From positions 34,906,001 through 34,970,000 of the forward strand of contig OZ024740.1 in NCBI GenBank assembly GCA_964016885.1: DNA of 64,000 nucleotides, in the 5' to 3' direction. Both the position numbers and the translations under genes were made by a program. The notes under the pieces are model-generated. The model worked only from the letters and a program-made list of their open reading frames with translations, ran no database searches and was not told the origin of the DNA. Source of the DNA: Eledone cirrhosa. Lineage: Eukaryota. This document shows, in pieces, positions 1 to 15,638 of the stretch; position 1 is the stretch's first letter, and each line of letters starts with the position of its first letter.

Positions 1-1721
1 TATATATAACTAAACCAAGTTGTATTAGTATATATAACTAAACCAAGATATATTAGTATATATAACTAAACCAAGTTGCATTAGTATACATAACTAAAGC
101 AAGTTGTATTAGTAGATATCACTAAACCAAGTTGTATTATTATTTATAAGTAAACCAAGTTATATTAGTATATACAAGTAAACCAAGTTGTATTAGTATA
201 GATAACTAAACGAAGTTGTATTAGTATATATAACTAAACGCAGTTGTATTAGTATATACAACTTAACTAAGTTGTATTAGTATATATTACTAAACTAAGT
301 TGTATTAGTATATATTACTAAACTAAGTTGTATGAGTATATACAACTAAACCACGTTGTATTAGTATATATAACTAAACCAAGTTATATTAGTATATACA
401 ACTAAACCAAGTTGTATTAGTATATATAACTAAACCAAGTTGTATTAGTATACAGAACTAAACCAAGTTGTATTAATATATATTACTAAACCCAGTTGTA
501 TTAGTATATATTACTAAACCAAGTTGTATTAGTATATATTACTAAACCAGGTTATATTAGTATATATAAGTAAACAAAGTTATATTAGTATATAAAACTA
601 AACCAAGTTTTTATTAGTATATTTAACTAATCCAAGTTGTATTAGTATACATTACTAAACCCAGTTGTATTAGTATATAATACTAAACCAAGTTGTATTA
701 GTATATATTACTAAACCAAGTTGTATTAGTATATACAACTAAACCAAGTTAGATTAGTATATATATTTAAACCAAGTTGTATTAGTATATATAACTAAAC
801 CAACATATATTAGAATATACAACTAAACCATGTATTAGTATACATAAAAAAACCCAGTTGTATTAGTATATATAACTAAACCAAGTTGTATTAGTATACA
901 TAACTAAACCAAGTTGTAATAGTATATATAACTAAACCAAGTTATATTAGTATATATAGCTAAACCCAGTTGTATAATATATATATAACTAAACCCAGTT
1001 GTATTAGTATATATAATTAAACCAAGTTGTATTAGTATATACAACTAAACCCAGTTGTAATAGTATATATAACTAAACCCAGTTGTATTAGTATATATAA
1101 CTAAACCAAGTTGTATTAGTATATACAACTAAACCAAGTTGTATTAGTATATATAACTAAACCAAGTATTATTAGTATATATAAATAAACCCAGTTGTAT
1201 TAGTATATATAAGTAAACCAATTTGTATTAGTATATATAACTAAACCATGTTAAATTAGTATATCCAACTAAACCAAGTTGTATTAGTATATACAACTAA
1301 ACCAAGTTATACTAGTATATATAGCTAAACCAAGTTATATCAGTATATACAATTAAACCAAGTTATATTAGTATATATAACTAAACCAAGTTGTATTAGT
1401 ATATATCAGTAAACCAAGTTGTATTAGTATATACAAGTAAACCAAGTTGTATTAGTATATATCAGTAAACCAAGTTGTATTAGTATATACAAGTAAACCA
1501 AGTTGTATTAGTATATGCAAATAAAACCAAGTTGTATTAGCATATACAACTAATCCAAGTTATACTAGTATATATAGCTAAACCAAGTTATATCAGTATA
1601 TACAATTAAACCAAGTTATATTAGTATATATAACTAAACCAAGTTGTATTAGTATATATCAGTAAACCAAGTTGTATTAGTATATACAAGTAAACCAAGT
1701 TGTATTAGTATATACAACTAA

Positions 1722-1807
1722 TTCATCCTTACGGGGTCGATAAAATAAAGTACCAGTAATGCACTGGGTAATTGCTGGCCTTGTGCCTAAAGTAGAAACA
1801 ATTATTA
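1722..1807 (+). mobile_element. 5'-truncated SINE (3' half, Deu/Nin-domain-like core plus ATTATTA tail)
   Basis: TTCATCCTTACGGGGTCGATAAAATAAAGTACCAG...GCCTTGTGCCTAAAGTAGAAACAATTATTA; 85/86 identical to 15553-15638 by eye. Core resembles the Deu/Nin SINE motif CCTTTCATCCTTCCGAGGTCGATAAAATGAGTACCA (recalled). Confidence 0.85.
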
Positions 1808-4800
1808 TATAGAACTAAACCAAGTTGTAATAGTATACACAACTAAACGATGTTGTATTAGTATATACAACTAAACCAAGTTATATTAGTATATATAACT
1901 AAACCAAGTTGTATTAGGATATATGAGTAAACCAATTTGCATTAGTATATATAACTAAACCAAGTTGTATTAGTATACATAACTAAACCCAGTTGTATTA
2001 GTATATATAACTAAACCAAGTTGTATTAGTATATACAACTAAACCAAGTTGTATTATTATATACAACTAAACGAAGTTGTATTAGTATATACAACTAAAC
2101 CAAGTTATATTAGTATATATAATTAAACCAAGTTGTATTAGTATATATAAGTAAACCAAGTTGTATTAGTATATATAAGTAAAACCAAGTTATATTAGTA
2201 TACATAACTAAACCAAGTTGTATTAGTATATATAACTAAACAAAGTTGTATTATTATATATAACTTAACAAAGTTGTATGAGTATATATAACTAAACCAA
2301 GTTGTATTAGTATATATATAAGTAAACCAAGTTGCATTAGTATACATAACTAAACCAAGTTATATTAGTATATATTATTAACCAAGTTGTATTAGTATAT
2401 ATAAGTAAACCAAGTTATATTAGAATATACAACTAAACCAAGTTGTATTAGTATATATAACTAAACGAAGATATATTAGTATATATAACTAAACCAAGTA
2501 GCATTAGTATACATAACTAAACCAAGTTGTATTAGAATATATCACTAAACCAAGTTGTATTATTATATATAAGTAATCCAAGTTATATTAGTATATACAA
2601 CTAAACGAAGTTGTATTAGTATATATAAGTAAACCAATTTGTATTAGTATATATAACTAAACCAAGTTATATTAGTATATATTACTAAACCAAGTTGTAT
2701 TACTATATATAAGTAAACCAAGTTGTATTAGTATATATAACTAAACCAAGTTATATTAGTATATACAACTAAACCAAGTTGTATTAGTATATATAACTAA
2801 TCCAAGTTGCATTAGTATACATTACTAAAACCTGTTGTATTAGTATATATTAATAAACCAAGTTGTATTAGTATATATTACTAAACCAGGTTGTATTAGT
2901 ATATATGAGTAAACCAAGTTATATTAGTATATACAACTAAACCAAGTTGTATTAGTATACATTACTAAACCCAGTTGTGTTAGTATATATTACTAAACCA
3001 AGTTGTATTAGTATATACAACTGAACCAAGTTATATTAGTATATATAGTTAAACCAAGTTGTATTAGTATACATAACAAAACCAAGTTGTATTAGTATAT
3101 ATGACTAAACCAAGTTATTTTATTATATATAACTAAACCCAGTTGTATTAGTATATCTAAGTAAAACAATTTGTATTAGTATATATAACTAAACCAAGTT
3201 ATATTAGTATATATTACTAAACCAAGTTGTATTAGTATATATTACTAAACCAAGTTATATTAGTATATATAAGTAAACCAAATTGTATTAGTATATATAA
3301 CTAAACCATGTTATATTAGTATATACAACTAAACCAAGTTGTATTAGTATATACAACTAAACCAAGTTGTATTAGTATATACAACTAAACGAAGTTGTAT
3401 TAGTATATACAACTAAACCAAGTTATATTAGTATATATAACTAAACCAAGTTGTATTAGTATATATAAGTAAACCAAGTTGTATTAGTATATACAACTAA
3501 ACCAAGTTGTATTATTATATACAACTAAACCAAGTTGTACTAGTATACACAACTAAACGAAGTTGTATTAGTATATACAACTAAACCAAGTTATATTAGT
3601 ATATATAACTAAACCAAGTTGTATGAGGATATATAAGTAAACCAAGTTATATTAGTATACATAACTAAACCAAGTTGAATTAGTATATATAACTAAACAA
3701 AGTTGTATTATTATATATAACTTAACAAAGTTGTATTAGTATATATAACTAAACAAAGTTGTATTAGTATATATAACTAAACCAAGTTGTATTAGTATAT
3801 ATAACTAAACCAAGATATATTAGTATATATAACTAAACCAAGTTGCATTAGTATACATAACTGAACCAAGTTGTATTAGTAGATATCACTAAACAAAGTT
3901 GTATTATTATTTATAAGCAAACCATGTTATATTAGTATATACAAGTAAACCAAGTTGTATTAGTATAGATAACTAAACGAAGTTGTATTAGTATATATAA
4001 CTAAACGCAGTTGTATTAGTATATACAACTTAACTAAGTTGTATTAGTATATATTACTAAACTAAGTTGTATGAGTATATACAACTAAACCAAGTTGTAT
4101 TAGTATATATAACTAAACCAAGTTGCATTAGTATATACAACTACACCAAGTTGTATTAGTATATATAACTAAACCCAGTTGTATTACTATATACAACTAA
4201 ACCCAGTTGTATTAGTTTATATATCTAAACCAAGTTGTATTAGTATATATAACTAAACCAAGTGGTATTAGTATATATAACTAATCCAAGTTGTATTACT
4301 ATATATATCTAAACCAAGTTGCATTAGTATACATAACTAAACCAATTTATATTAGTATATATTATTAAACTAAGTTGTAATTGTATATATTACTAAACCA
4401 AGTTGTATTAGCATATATAACTAAACCAAGATATATTAGTATATATAACTAAACCAAGTTGCATTAGTATACATAACTAAACCAAGTTGTATTAGTATAT
4501 ATCACTAAACCAAGTTGTATTATTATATATAAGTAAACCAAGTTATATTAGTATATACAACTAAACCAAGTTGTATTAGTTTAGATAACTAAACCAAGTT
4601 GTATTAGTATATATAACTAAACTAAGTTGTACTAGTATATATAACTAAACACAGTTGTATTAGTATATACAACTAAACCAAGTTGTATTAGTATATATGA
4701 GTAAACCAAGTTGCATTAGTATACATAACTAAATCAAGTTATATTAGTATGTATAACTAAACCAAGTTGTATTAGTATATATAAGTAAACCAAGTTGTAT

Positions 4801-7800
4801 TAGTATATATAACTAAACAAAGTTGTATTAGTATATATAACTAAACCAAGTTGTATTAGTATATATAACTAAACCAAGATATATTAGTATATATAACTAA
4901 ACCAAGTTGCATTAGTATACATAACTGAACCAAGTTGTATTAGTAGATATCACTAAACAAAGTTGTATTATTATTTATAAGTAAACCATGTTATATTAGT
5001 ATATACAAGTAAACCAAGTTGTATTAGTATAGATAACTAAACGAAGTTGTATTAGTATATATAACTAAACGCAGTTGTATTAGTATATACAATTTAACTA
5101 AGTTGTATTAGTATATATTACTAAACTAAGTTGTATGAGTATATACAACTAAACCAAGTTGTATTAGTATATATAACTAAACCAAGTTGCATTAGTATAT
5201 ACAACTACACCAAGTTGTATTAGTATATATAACTAAACCCAGTTGTATTACTATATACAACTAAACCCAGTTGTATTAGTTTATATATCTAAACCAAGTT
5301 GTATTAGTATATATAACTAAACCAAGTGGTATTAGTATATATAACTAATCCAAGTTGTATTACTATATATATCTAAACCAAGTTGCATTAGTATACATAA
5401 CTAAACCAATTTATATTAGTATATATTATTAAACTAAGTTGTAATTGTATATATTACTAAACCAAGTTGTATTAGCGTATATAACTAAACCAAGATATAT
5501 TAGTATATATAACTAAACCAAGTTGCATTAGTATACATAACTAAACCAAGTTGTATTAGTATATATCACTAAACCAAGTTGTATTATTATATATAAGTAA
5601 ACCAAGTTATATTAGTATATACAACTAAACCAAGTTGTATTAGTATAGATAACTAAACCAAGTTGTATTAGTATATATAACTAAACCAAGTTGTACTAGT
5701 ATATATAACTAAACACAGTTGTATTAGTATATACAACTAAACCAAGTTGTATTAGTATATATGAGTAAACCAAGTTGCATTAGTATACATAACTAAATCA
5801 AGTTATATTAGTATGTATAACTAAACCAAGTTGTATTAGTATATATAAGTAAACCAAGTTGTATTAGTATATACAACTAAACCAAGTTGTATTATTATAT
5901 ACAACTAAACCAAGTTGTACTAGTATACACAACTAAACGAAGTTGTATTAGTATATACAACTAAACCAAGTTATATTAGTATATATAACTAAACCAAGTT
6001 GTATTAGGATATATAAGTAAACCAAGTTATATTAGTATACATAACTAAACCAAGTTGAATTAGTATATATAACTAAACAAAGTTGTATTATTATATATAA
6101 CTTAACAAAGTTGTATTAGTATATATAACTAAAAAAAGTTGTATTAGTATATATAACTAAACCAAGTTGTATTAGTATATATAACTAAACCAAGATATAT
6201 TAGTATATAGAACTAAACCAAGTTGCATTAGTATACATAACTGAACCAAGTTGTATTAGTAGATATCACTAAACCAAGTTGTATTATTATTTATAAGTAA
6301 ACCAAGTTATATTAGTATATACAAGTAAACCAAGTTGTATTAGTATAGATAACTAAACCAAGTTGTATTAGTATATATAACTAAACCAAGTTGTACTAGT
6401 ATATATAACTAAACACAGTTGTATTAGTATATACAACTAAACTAAGTTGTATGAGTATATACAACTAAACCAAGTTGTATTAGTATATATAACTAAACCA
6501 AGTTGCATTAGTATATACAACTACACCAAGTTGTATTAGTATATATAACTAAACCCAGTTGTATTACTATATACAACTAAACCCAGTTGTATTAGTTTAT
6601 ATATCTAAACCAAGTTGTATTAGTATATATAACTAAACCAAGTGGTATTAGTATATATAACTAATCCAAGTTGTATTACTATATATATCTAAACCAAGTT
6701 GCATTAGTATACATAACTAAACCAATTTATATTAGTATATATTATTAAACTAAGTTGTAATTGTATATATTACTAAACCAAGTTGTATTAGCATATATAA
6801 CTAAACCAAGATATATTAGTATATATAACTAAACCAAGTTGCATTAGTATACATAACTAAACCAAGTTGTATTAGTATATATCACTAAACCAAGTTGTAT
6901 TATTATATATAAGTAAACCAAGTTATATTAGTATATACAACTAAACCAAGTTGTATTAGTATAGATAAGTAAACCAAGTTGTATTAGTATATATAACTAA
7001 ACCAAGTTGTACTAGTATATATAACTAAACACAGTTGTATTAGTATATACAACTAAACCAAGTTGTATTAGTATATATGAGTAAACCAAGTTGCATTAGT
7101 ATACATAACTAAACCAAGTTATATTAGTATGTATTACTACACTAAGTCGTATTAGTATATATTACTAAACCAAGTTGTATTAGTATATATAAATAAACCA
7201 AGTTGTATTAGTATATACAACTAAACCAAATTATACTAGTATATATAGCTAAACCAAGTTATATTAGTATATACAATTAAACCAAGTTATATTAGTATAT
7301 ATAACTAAACCAAGTTGTATTAGTATATATCAGTAAACCAAGTTGTATTAGTATATACAAGTGAACCAAGTTGTATTAGTATATACAACTAAACCAAGTT
7401 GTATTATTATATACAACTAAACCAAGTTGTATTAGTATACACAACTAAACGAAGTTGTATTAGTATATACAACTAAACCAAGTTATATTAGTATATATAA
7501 CTAAACCAAGTTGTATTAGGATATATAAGTAAACCAAGTTGTATTAGTATACATAACTAAACCAAGTTGTATTAGTATATATAACTAAACAAAGTTGTAT
7601 TATTATATATAACTTAACAAATTGTATTAGTATATATAACTAAACCAAGTTGTATTAGTATATATTACTAAACCAAGTTGTATTAGTATATATAAGTAAA
7701 CCAAGTTATATTAGAATATACAACTAAACCATGTTGTATTAGTATATATAACTAAACCAAGATATATTAGTGTATATAACTAAACCAAGTTGCATCAGTA

Positions 7801-10800
7801 TACATAACTAAACCAAGTTGTATTAGTATATATCACTAAACCGAGTTGCATTAGTATATACAACTACACCAAGTTGTATTAGTATATATAACTAAACCAA
7901 GTGGTATTAGTATATATAACTAATCCAAGTTGTATTAGTATACATTACTAAACCCAGTGGTATTAGTATACATAACTAAACCAAGTTATATTAGTATATA
8001 TAAATAAACCCTGTTGTATTAGTATATATGAGTAAACCAATTTGCGTTAGTATATATAACTAAATCAAGATATGTTAGTATATACAACTAAACTAATTAT
8101 ATTCGTGTATATAACTAAACCAAGTTGTATTAGTATATATAACTAAACCAACTTATATTAGAATATGCAACTAAACCATGTTGTATTAGTATACATAACT
8201 AAACCCAGTTGTATTAGTATATATAAGTAAACCAAGTTGTATTAGTATATACAAATAAACCAAGTTGTAATAGTATATATAAATAAACCCAGTTGTAATA
8301 GTATATATAACTAAACCCAAGTTTTATTAGTATATATAACTAAACCAAGTTGTATTAGTATATCCAACTAAACCAAGTTGTATTAGTATATATAACTAAA
8401 CCAAGTTATATTAGTATATACAACTAAACCCAGTTGTATTAGTATATATAAGTAAACCAATTTGTATTAGTATATATAACTAAACCAAGTTGTGTTAGTA
8501 TGTATTACTAAACCAGGTTGTATTAGCATATATTACTAAACCAAGTTGTATTAGTATATATAACTAAACCAAGTTTTATTAGCATATACAAGCAAACCAT
8601 GTTATATTAGTAGATACAACTAAACCAACTTGTATTAGTATATACAACTAAACCAAGTTATACTAGTATATATAGCTAAACCAAGTTATATTAGTATATA
8701 TTATTAAACCAAGATGTATTAGTATATACAACTAAACCAAGTTGTATTAGTACATACAACTAAACGAAGTTGTATTAGTATATACATTTAAACCAAGTTA
8801 TATTAGTATATATAACTAAACCAAGTTGTATTAGTATATATAAGTAAGCCAAGTTGTATTAGTATACATAACTAAACCAAGTTGTATTAGTATATACAAC
8901 TAAACCAAGTTGTATTATTATGTACAACTAAACCAAGTTGCATTAGTATACACAACTAAACGAAGTTGTCTTAGTATATACAACTAAACCAAGTTATATT
9001 AGTATATATAACTAAAACAAGATGTATTAGGATATATAAGTAAACCAAGTTATATTAGTATACATAACTAAACCAAGTTGTATTAGTATATATAACTAAA
9101 CAAAGTTGTATTATTATATATAACTTAACAAAGTTGTATTAGTATATATATCTAAACCAAGTTGCATTAGTATACATAACTAAACCAAGTTGCATTAGTA
9201 TACATAACTAAACCAAGTTATATTAGTATATATTACTACACTAAGTTGTATTAGTATATATTACTAAACCAAGTTGTATTATTATATATAAATAAACCAA
9301 GTTGTATTAGTATATACAACTAAACCAAGTTGTATTAGTATATATCACTAAACCAAGTTGTATTATTATATATAAGTAAACCAAGTTATATTAGTATATA
9401 CAACTAAACCAAGTTGTATTAGTATATATAACTAAACCAAGTTGTACTAGTATATATAACTAAACACAGTTGTATTAGTATATACAACTAAACAAGTTGT
9501 ATTAGTATATATAAGTAAACCAAGTTGCATTAGTATACATAACTAAACCAAGTTATATTAGTATATATTACTACACTAAGTTGTATTAGTATATATTACT
9601 AAACCAAGTTGTATTATTATATATAAATAAACCAAGTTGTATTAGTATATACAACTAAACCAAGTTGTATTAATATATACAACTAAACGAAGTTGTATTA
9701 GTATATACAACTAAACCAAGTTATATCAGTATATACAACTAATCCAAGTTGTATTATTATGTACAACTAAACCAAGTTGTATTAGTATACACAACTAAAT
9801 CAAGTTGTAATAGTATATACAACTAAACCAAGTTATATTAGTATATATAACTAAACCAATTTGTATTATGATATATAAGTAAACCAAGTTATATTAGTAT
9901 ACATAACTAAACCAAGTTGTATTAGTATACATTACTAAACCCAGTGGTATTAGTATACATAACTAAACCAAGTTGTATTAGTATATATAACCAAACCAAG
10001 TTATATTAGTATATATAAATAAACCCTGTTGTATTAGTATATATGAGTAAACCAATTTGCGTTAGTATATATAACTAAATCAAGATATATTAGTATATAC
10101 AACTAAACTAATTATATTCGTGTATATAACTAAACCAAGTTGTATTAGTATATATAACTAAACCAACTTATATTAGAATATACAACTAAACCATGTTGTA
10201 TTAGTATACATAACTAAACCCAGTTGTATTAGTATATATAAGTAAACCAAGTTGTATTAGTATATACAAATAAACCAAGTTGTAATAGTATATATAACTA
10301 AACCCAGTTGTAATAGTATATATAACTAAACCCAGTTGTATTAGTATATACAACTAAACCAAATTATACTAGTATATATAGCTAAACCAAGTTATATTAG
10401 TATATACAATTAAACCAAGTTATATTAGTATATATAACTAAACCAAGTTGTATTAGTATATATCAGTAAACCAAGTTGTATTAGTATATACAAGTGAACC
10501 AAGTTGTATTAGTATATACAACTAAACCAAGTTGTATTATTATATACAACTAAACCAAGTTGTATTAGTATACACAACTAAACGAAGTTGTATTAGTATA
10601 TACAACTAAACCAAGTTATATTAGTATATATAACTAAACCAAGTTGTATTAGGATATATAAGTAAACCAAGTTATATTAGTATACATAACTAAACCAAGT
10701 TGTATTAGTATATATAACTAAACAAAGTTGTATTATTATATATAACTTAACAAATTGTATTAGTATATATAACTAAACCAAGTTGTATTAGTATATATTA

Positions 10801-13800
10801 CTAAACCAAGTTGTATTAGTATATATAAGTAAACCAAGTTATATTAGAATATACAACTAAACCATGTTGTATTAGTATATATAACTAAACCAAGATATAT
10901 TAGTGTATATAACTAAACCAAGTTGCATCAGTATACATAACTAAACCAAGTTGTATTAGTATATATCACTAAACCGAGTTGCATTAGTATATACAACTAC
11001 ACCAAGTTGTATTAGTATATATAACTAAACCCAGTTGTATTAGTATATATAACTAAACCAAGTGGTATTAGTATATATAACTAATCCAAGTTGTATTAGT
11101 ATACATTACTAAACCCAGTGGTATTAGTATACATAACTAAACCAAGTTATATTAGTATATATAAATAAACCCTGTTGTATTAGTATATATGAGTAAACCA
11201 ATTTGCGTTAGTATATATAACTAAATCAAGATATGTTAGTATATACAACTAAACTAATTATATTCGTGTATATAACTAAACCAAGTTGTATTAGTATATA
11301 TAACTAAACCAACTTATATTAGAATATGCAACTAAACCATGTTGTATTAGTATACATAACTAAACCCAGTTGTATTAGTATATATAAGTAAACCAAGTTG
11401 TATTAGTATATACAAATAAACCAAGTTGTAATAGTATATATAAATAAACCCAGTTGTAATAGTATATATAACTAAACCCAGTTTTATTAGTATATATAAC
11501 TAAACCAAGTTGTATTAGTATATCCAACTAAACCAAGTTGTATTAGTATATATAACTAAACCAAGTTATATTAGTATATACAACTAAACCCAGTTGTATT
11601 AGTATATATAAGTAAACCAATTTGTATTAGTATATATAACTAAACCAAGTTGTGTTAGTATGTATTACTAAACCAGGTTGTATTAGCATATATTACTAAA
11701 CCAAGTTGTATTAGTATATATAACTAAACCAAGTTTTATTAGCATATACAAGCAAACCATGTTATATTAGTAGATACAACTAAACCAAGTTGTATTAGTA
11801 TATACAACTAAACCAAGTTATACTAGTATATATAGCTAAACCAAGTTATATTAGTATATATTATTAAACCAAGATGTATTAGTATATACAACTAAACCAA
11901 GTTGTATTAGTACATACAACTAAACGAAGTTGTATTAGTATATACATTTAAACCAAGTTATATTAGTATATATAACTAAACCAAGTTGTATTAGTATATA
12001 TAAGTAAGCCAAGTTGTATTAGTATACATAACTAAACCAAGTTGTATTAGTATATACAACTAAACCAAGTTGTATTATTATGTACAACTAAACCAAGTTG
12101 CATTAGTATACACAACTAAACGAAGTTGTCTTAGTATATACAACTAAACCAAGTTATATTAGTATATATAACTAAAACAAGATGTATTAGGATATATAAG
12201 TAAACCAAGTTATATTAGTATACATAACTAAACCAAGTTGTATTAGTATATATAACTAAACAAAGTTGTATTAGTATATATAACTAAACAAAGTTGTATT
12301 ATTATATATAACTTAACAAAGTTGTATTAGTATATATATCTAAACCAAGTTGCATTAGTATACATAACTAAACCAAGTTGCATTAGTATACATAACTAAA
12401 CCAAGTTATATTAGTATATATTACTACACTAAGTTGTATTAGTATATATTACTAAACCAAGTTGTATTATTATATATAAATAAACCAAGTTGTATTAGTA
12501 TATACAACTAAACCAAGTTGTATTAGTATATATCACTAAACCAAGTTGTATTATTATATATAAGTAAACCAAGTTATATTAGTATATACAACTAAACCAA
12601 GTTGTATTAGTATATATAACTAAACCAAGTTGTACTAGTATATATAACTAAACACAGTTGTATTAGTATATACAACTAAACAAGTTGTATTAGTATATAT
12701 AAGTAAACCAAGTTGCATTAGTATACATAACTAAACCAAGTTATATTAGTATATATTACTACACTAAGTTGTATTAGTATATATTACTAAACCAAGTTGT
12801 ATTATTATATATAAATAAACCAAGTTGTATTAGTATATACAACTAAACCAAGTTGTATTAATATATACAACTAAACGAAGTTGTATTAGTATATACAACT
12901 AAACCAAGTTATATCAGTATATACAACTAATCCAAGTTGTATTATTATGTACAACTAAACCAAGTTGTATTAGTATACACAACTAAACCAAGTTGTAATA
13001 GTATATACAACTAAACCAAGTTATATTAGTATATATAACTAAACCAATTTGTATTATGATATATAAGTAAACCAAGTTATATTAGTATACATAACTAAAC
13101 CAAGTTTTATTAGTATACATTACTAAACCCAGTGGTATTAGTATACATAACTAAACCAAGTTGTATTAGTATATATAACCAAACCAAGTTATATTAGTAT
13201 ATATAAATAAACCCTGTTGTATTAGTATATATGAGTAAACCAATTTGCGTTAGTATATATAACTAAATCAAGATATATTAGTATATACAACTAAACTAAT
13301 TATATTCGTGTATATAACTAAACCAAGTTGTATTAGTATATATAACTAAACCAACTTATATTAGAATATACAACTAAACCATGTTGTATTAGTATACATA
13401 ACTAAACCCAGTTGTATTAGTATATATAAGTAAACCAAGTTGTATTAGTATATACAAATAAACCAAGTTGTAATAGTATATATAACTAAACCCAGTTGTA
13501 ATAGTATATATAACTAAACCCAGTTGTATTAGTATATATAACTAAACCAAGTTGTATTAGTATATACAACTAAACCAAGTTGTATTAGTATATATAACTA
13601 AACCAAGTTATATTAGTATATACAACTAAACCCAGTTGTATTAGTATATATAAGTAAACCAATTTGTATTAGTATATATAACTAAACCAAGTTGTGTTAG
13701 TATGTATTACTAAACCAAGTTGTATTAGCATATATTACTAAACCAAGTTGTATTAGTATATATAACTAAACCAAGTTTTATTAGCATATACAAGCAAACC

Positions 13801-15461
13801 ATGTTATATTAGTAGATACAACTAAACCAAGTTGTATTAGTATATACAACTAAACCAATTTATACTAGTATATATAGCTAAACCAAGTTATATTAGTATA
13901 TATTATTAAACCAAGATGTATTAGTATATACAACTAAACCAAGTTGTATTAGTACATACAACTAAACGAAGTTGTATTAGTATATACAATTAAACCAAAT
14001 TATATTAGTATATATAACTAAACCAAGTCGTATTAGTATATATAAGTAAGCCAAGTTGTATTAGTATACATAACTAAACCAAGTTGTATTAGTATATACA
14101 ACTAAACCAAGTTGTATTATTATGTACAACTAAACCAAGTTGCATTAGTATACACAACTAAACGAAGTTGTATTAGTATATACAACTAAACCAAGTTATA
14201 TTAGTATATATAACTAAAACAAGATGTATTAGGATATATAAGTAAACCAAGTTATATTAGTATACATAACTAAACCAAGTTGTATTAGTATATATAACTA
14301 AACAAAGTTGTATTATTATATATAACTTAACAAAGTTGTATTAGTATATATATCTAAACCAAGTTGCATTAGTATACATAACTAAACCAAGTTGCATTCG
14401 TATACATAACTAAACCAAGTTGTATTAGTATATATCACTAAACCAAGTTGTATTATTATATATAAGTAAACCAAGTTATATTAGTATATACAACTAAACC
14501 AAGTTGTATTAGTATAGATAACTAAACCAAGTTGTATTAGTATATATAACTAAACCAAGTTGTACTAGTATATATAACTAAACACAGTTGTATTAGTATA
14601 TACAACTAAACAAGTTGTATTAGTATATATAAGTAAACCAAATTGCATTAGTATACATAACTAAACCAAGTTATATTAGTATATATTACTACACTAAGTT
14701 GTATTAGTATATACAACTAAACCAAGTTGTATTAATATATACAACTAAACGAAGTTGTATTAGTATATACAACTAAACCAAGTTATATCAGTATATACAA
14801 CTAATCCAAGTTGTATTATTATGTACAACTAAACCAAGTTGTATTAGTATACACAACTAAACCAAGTTGTAATAGTATATACAACTAAACCAAGTTATAT
14901 TAGTATATATAACTAAACCAATTTGTATTAGGATATATAAGTAAACCAAGTTATATTAGTATACATAACTAAACCAAGTTGTATTAGTATATATAACTAA
15001 ACAAAGTTGTATTATTATATATAACTTAACAAAGTTGTATTATTATATATAACTTAACAAAGTTGTATGAGTATATATAACTAAACCAAGTTGTATTAGT
15101 ATATATAAGTAAACCAAGTTGCATTAGTAGACATAAATAAACCAAGTTGAATTAGTATACATAACTAAACCAAGTTATATTAGTATATATTACTAAACTA
15201 AGTTGTATTAGGATATATAAGTAAACCAAGTTGTATTAGTATATACGACTAAACCAAGTTATATTTGTATATATAACTAAACCAAGTTGTATTAGGATAT
15301 ATAAGTAAACCAAGTTATATTAGTATACATAACTAAACCAAGTTGTATTAGTATATATAACTAAACAAAATTGTATTATTATATATAACTTAACAAAGTT
15401 GTATTAGTATATATAACTAAACCAAGTTGCATTAGTATACATAACTAAACCAAGTTATATT

Positions 15462-15638
15462 AGTATCGGTAGAGGGTCGGACGCCATGCTTTCCAGCACA
15501 GTTACGTCCCTTTACGATCTGAGTTCAAATCCCGCCGAGGTTGACTTTGCCTTTCATCCTTACGGGGTCGATAAAATAAAGTACAAGTAATGCACTGGGT
15601 AATTGCTGGCCTTGTGCCTAAAGTAGAAACAATTATTA
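15462..15638 (+). mobile_element. tRNA-derived SINE, slightly 5'-truncated
   Basis: GC-richer island in the satellite with Pol III B box GAGTTCAAATCC (15521-15532), Deu/Nin-like core GTTGACTTTGCCTTTCATCCTTACGGGGTCGATAAAAT and AATTATTA tail. The 5' junction shares AGTAT with the satellite. Confidence 0.88.
15521..15532 (+). promoter_or_regulatory. Pol III B box of SINE
   Basis: GAGTTCAAATCC matches the GTTCRANNC consensus. Confidence 0.7.

Noticed and set aside
15600-15638. SINE mobilised by the neighbouring CR1 via a shared 3' end
   Set aside because: The SINE 3' end (GCCTTGTGCCTAAAGTAGAAAC) shows no similarity to the LINE 3' stem-loop beyond the ATT tail, so the partner LINE is probably another family.
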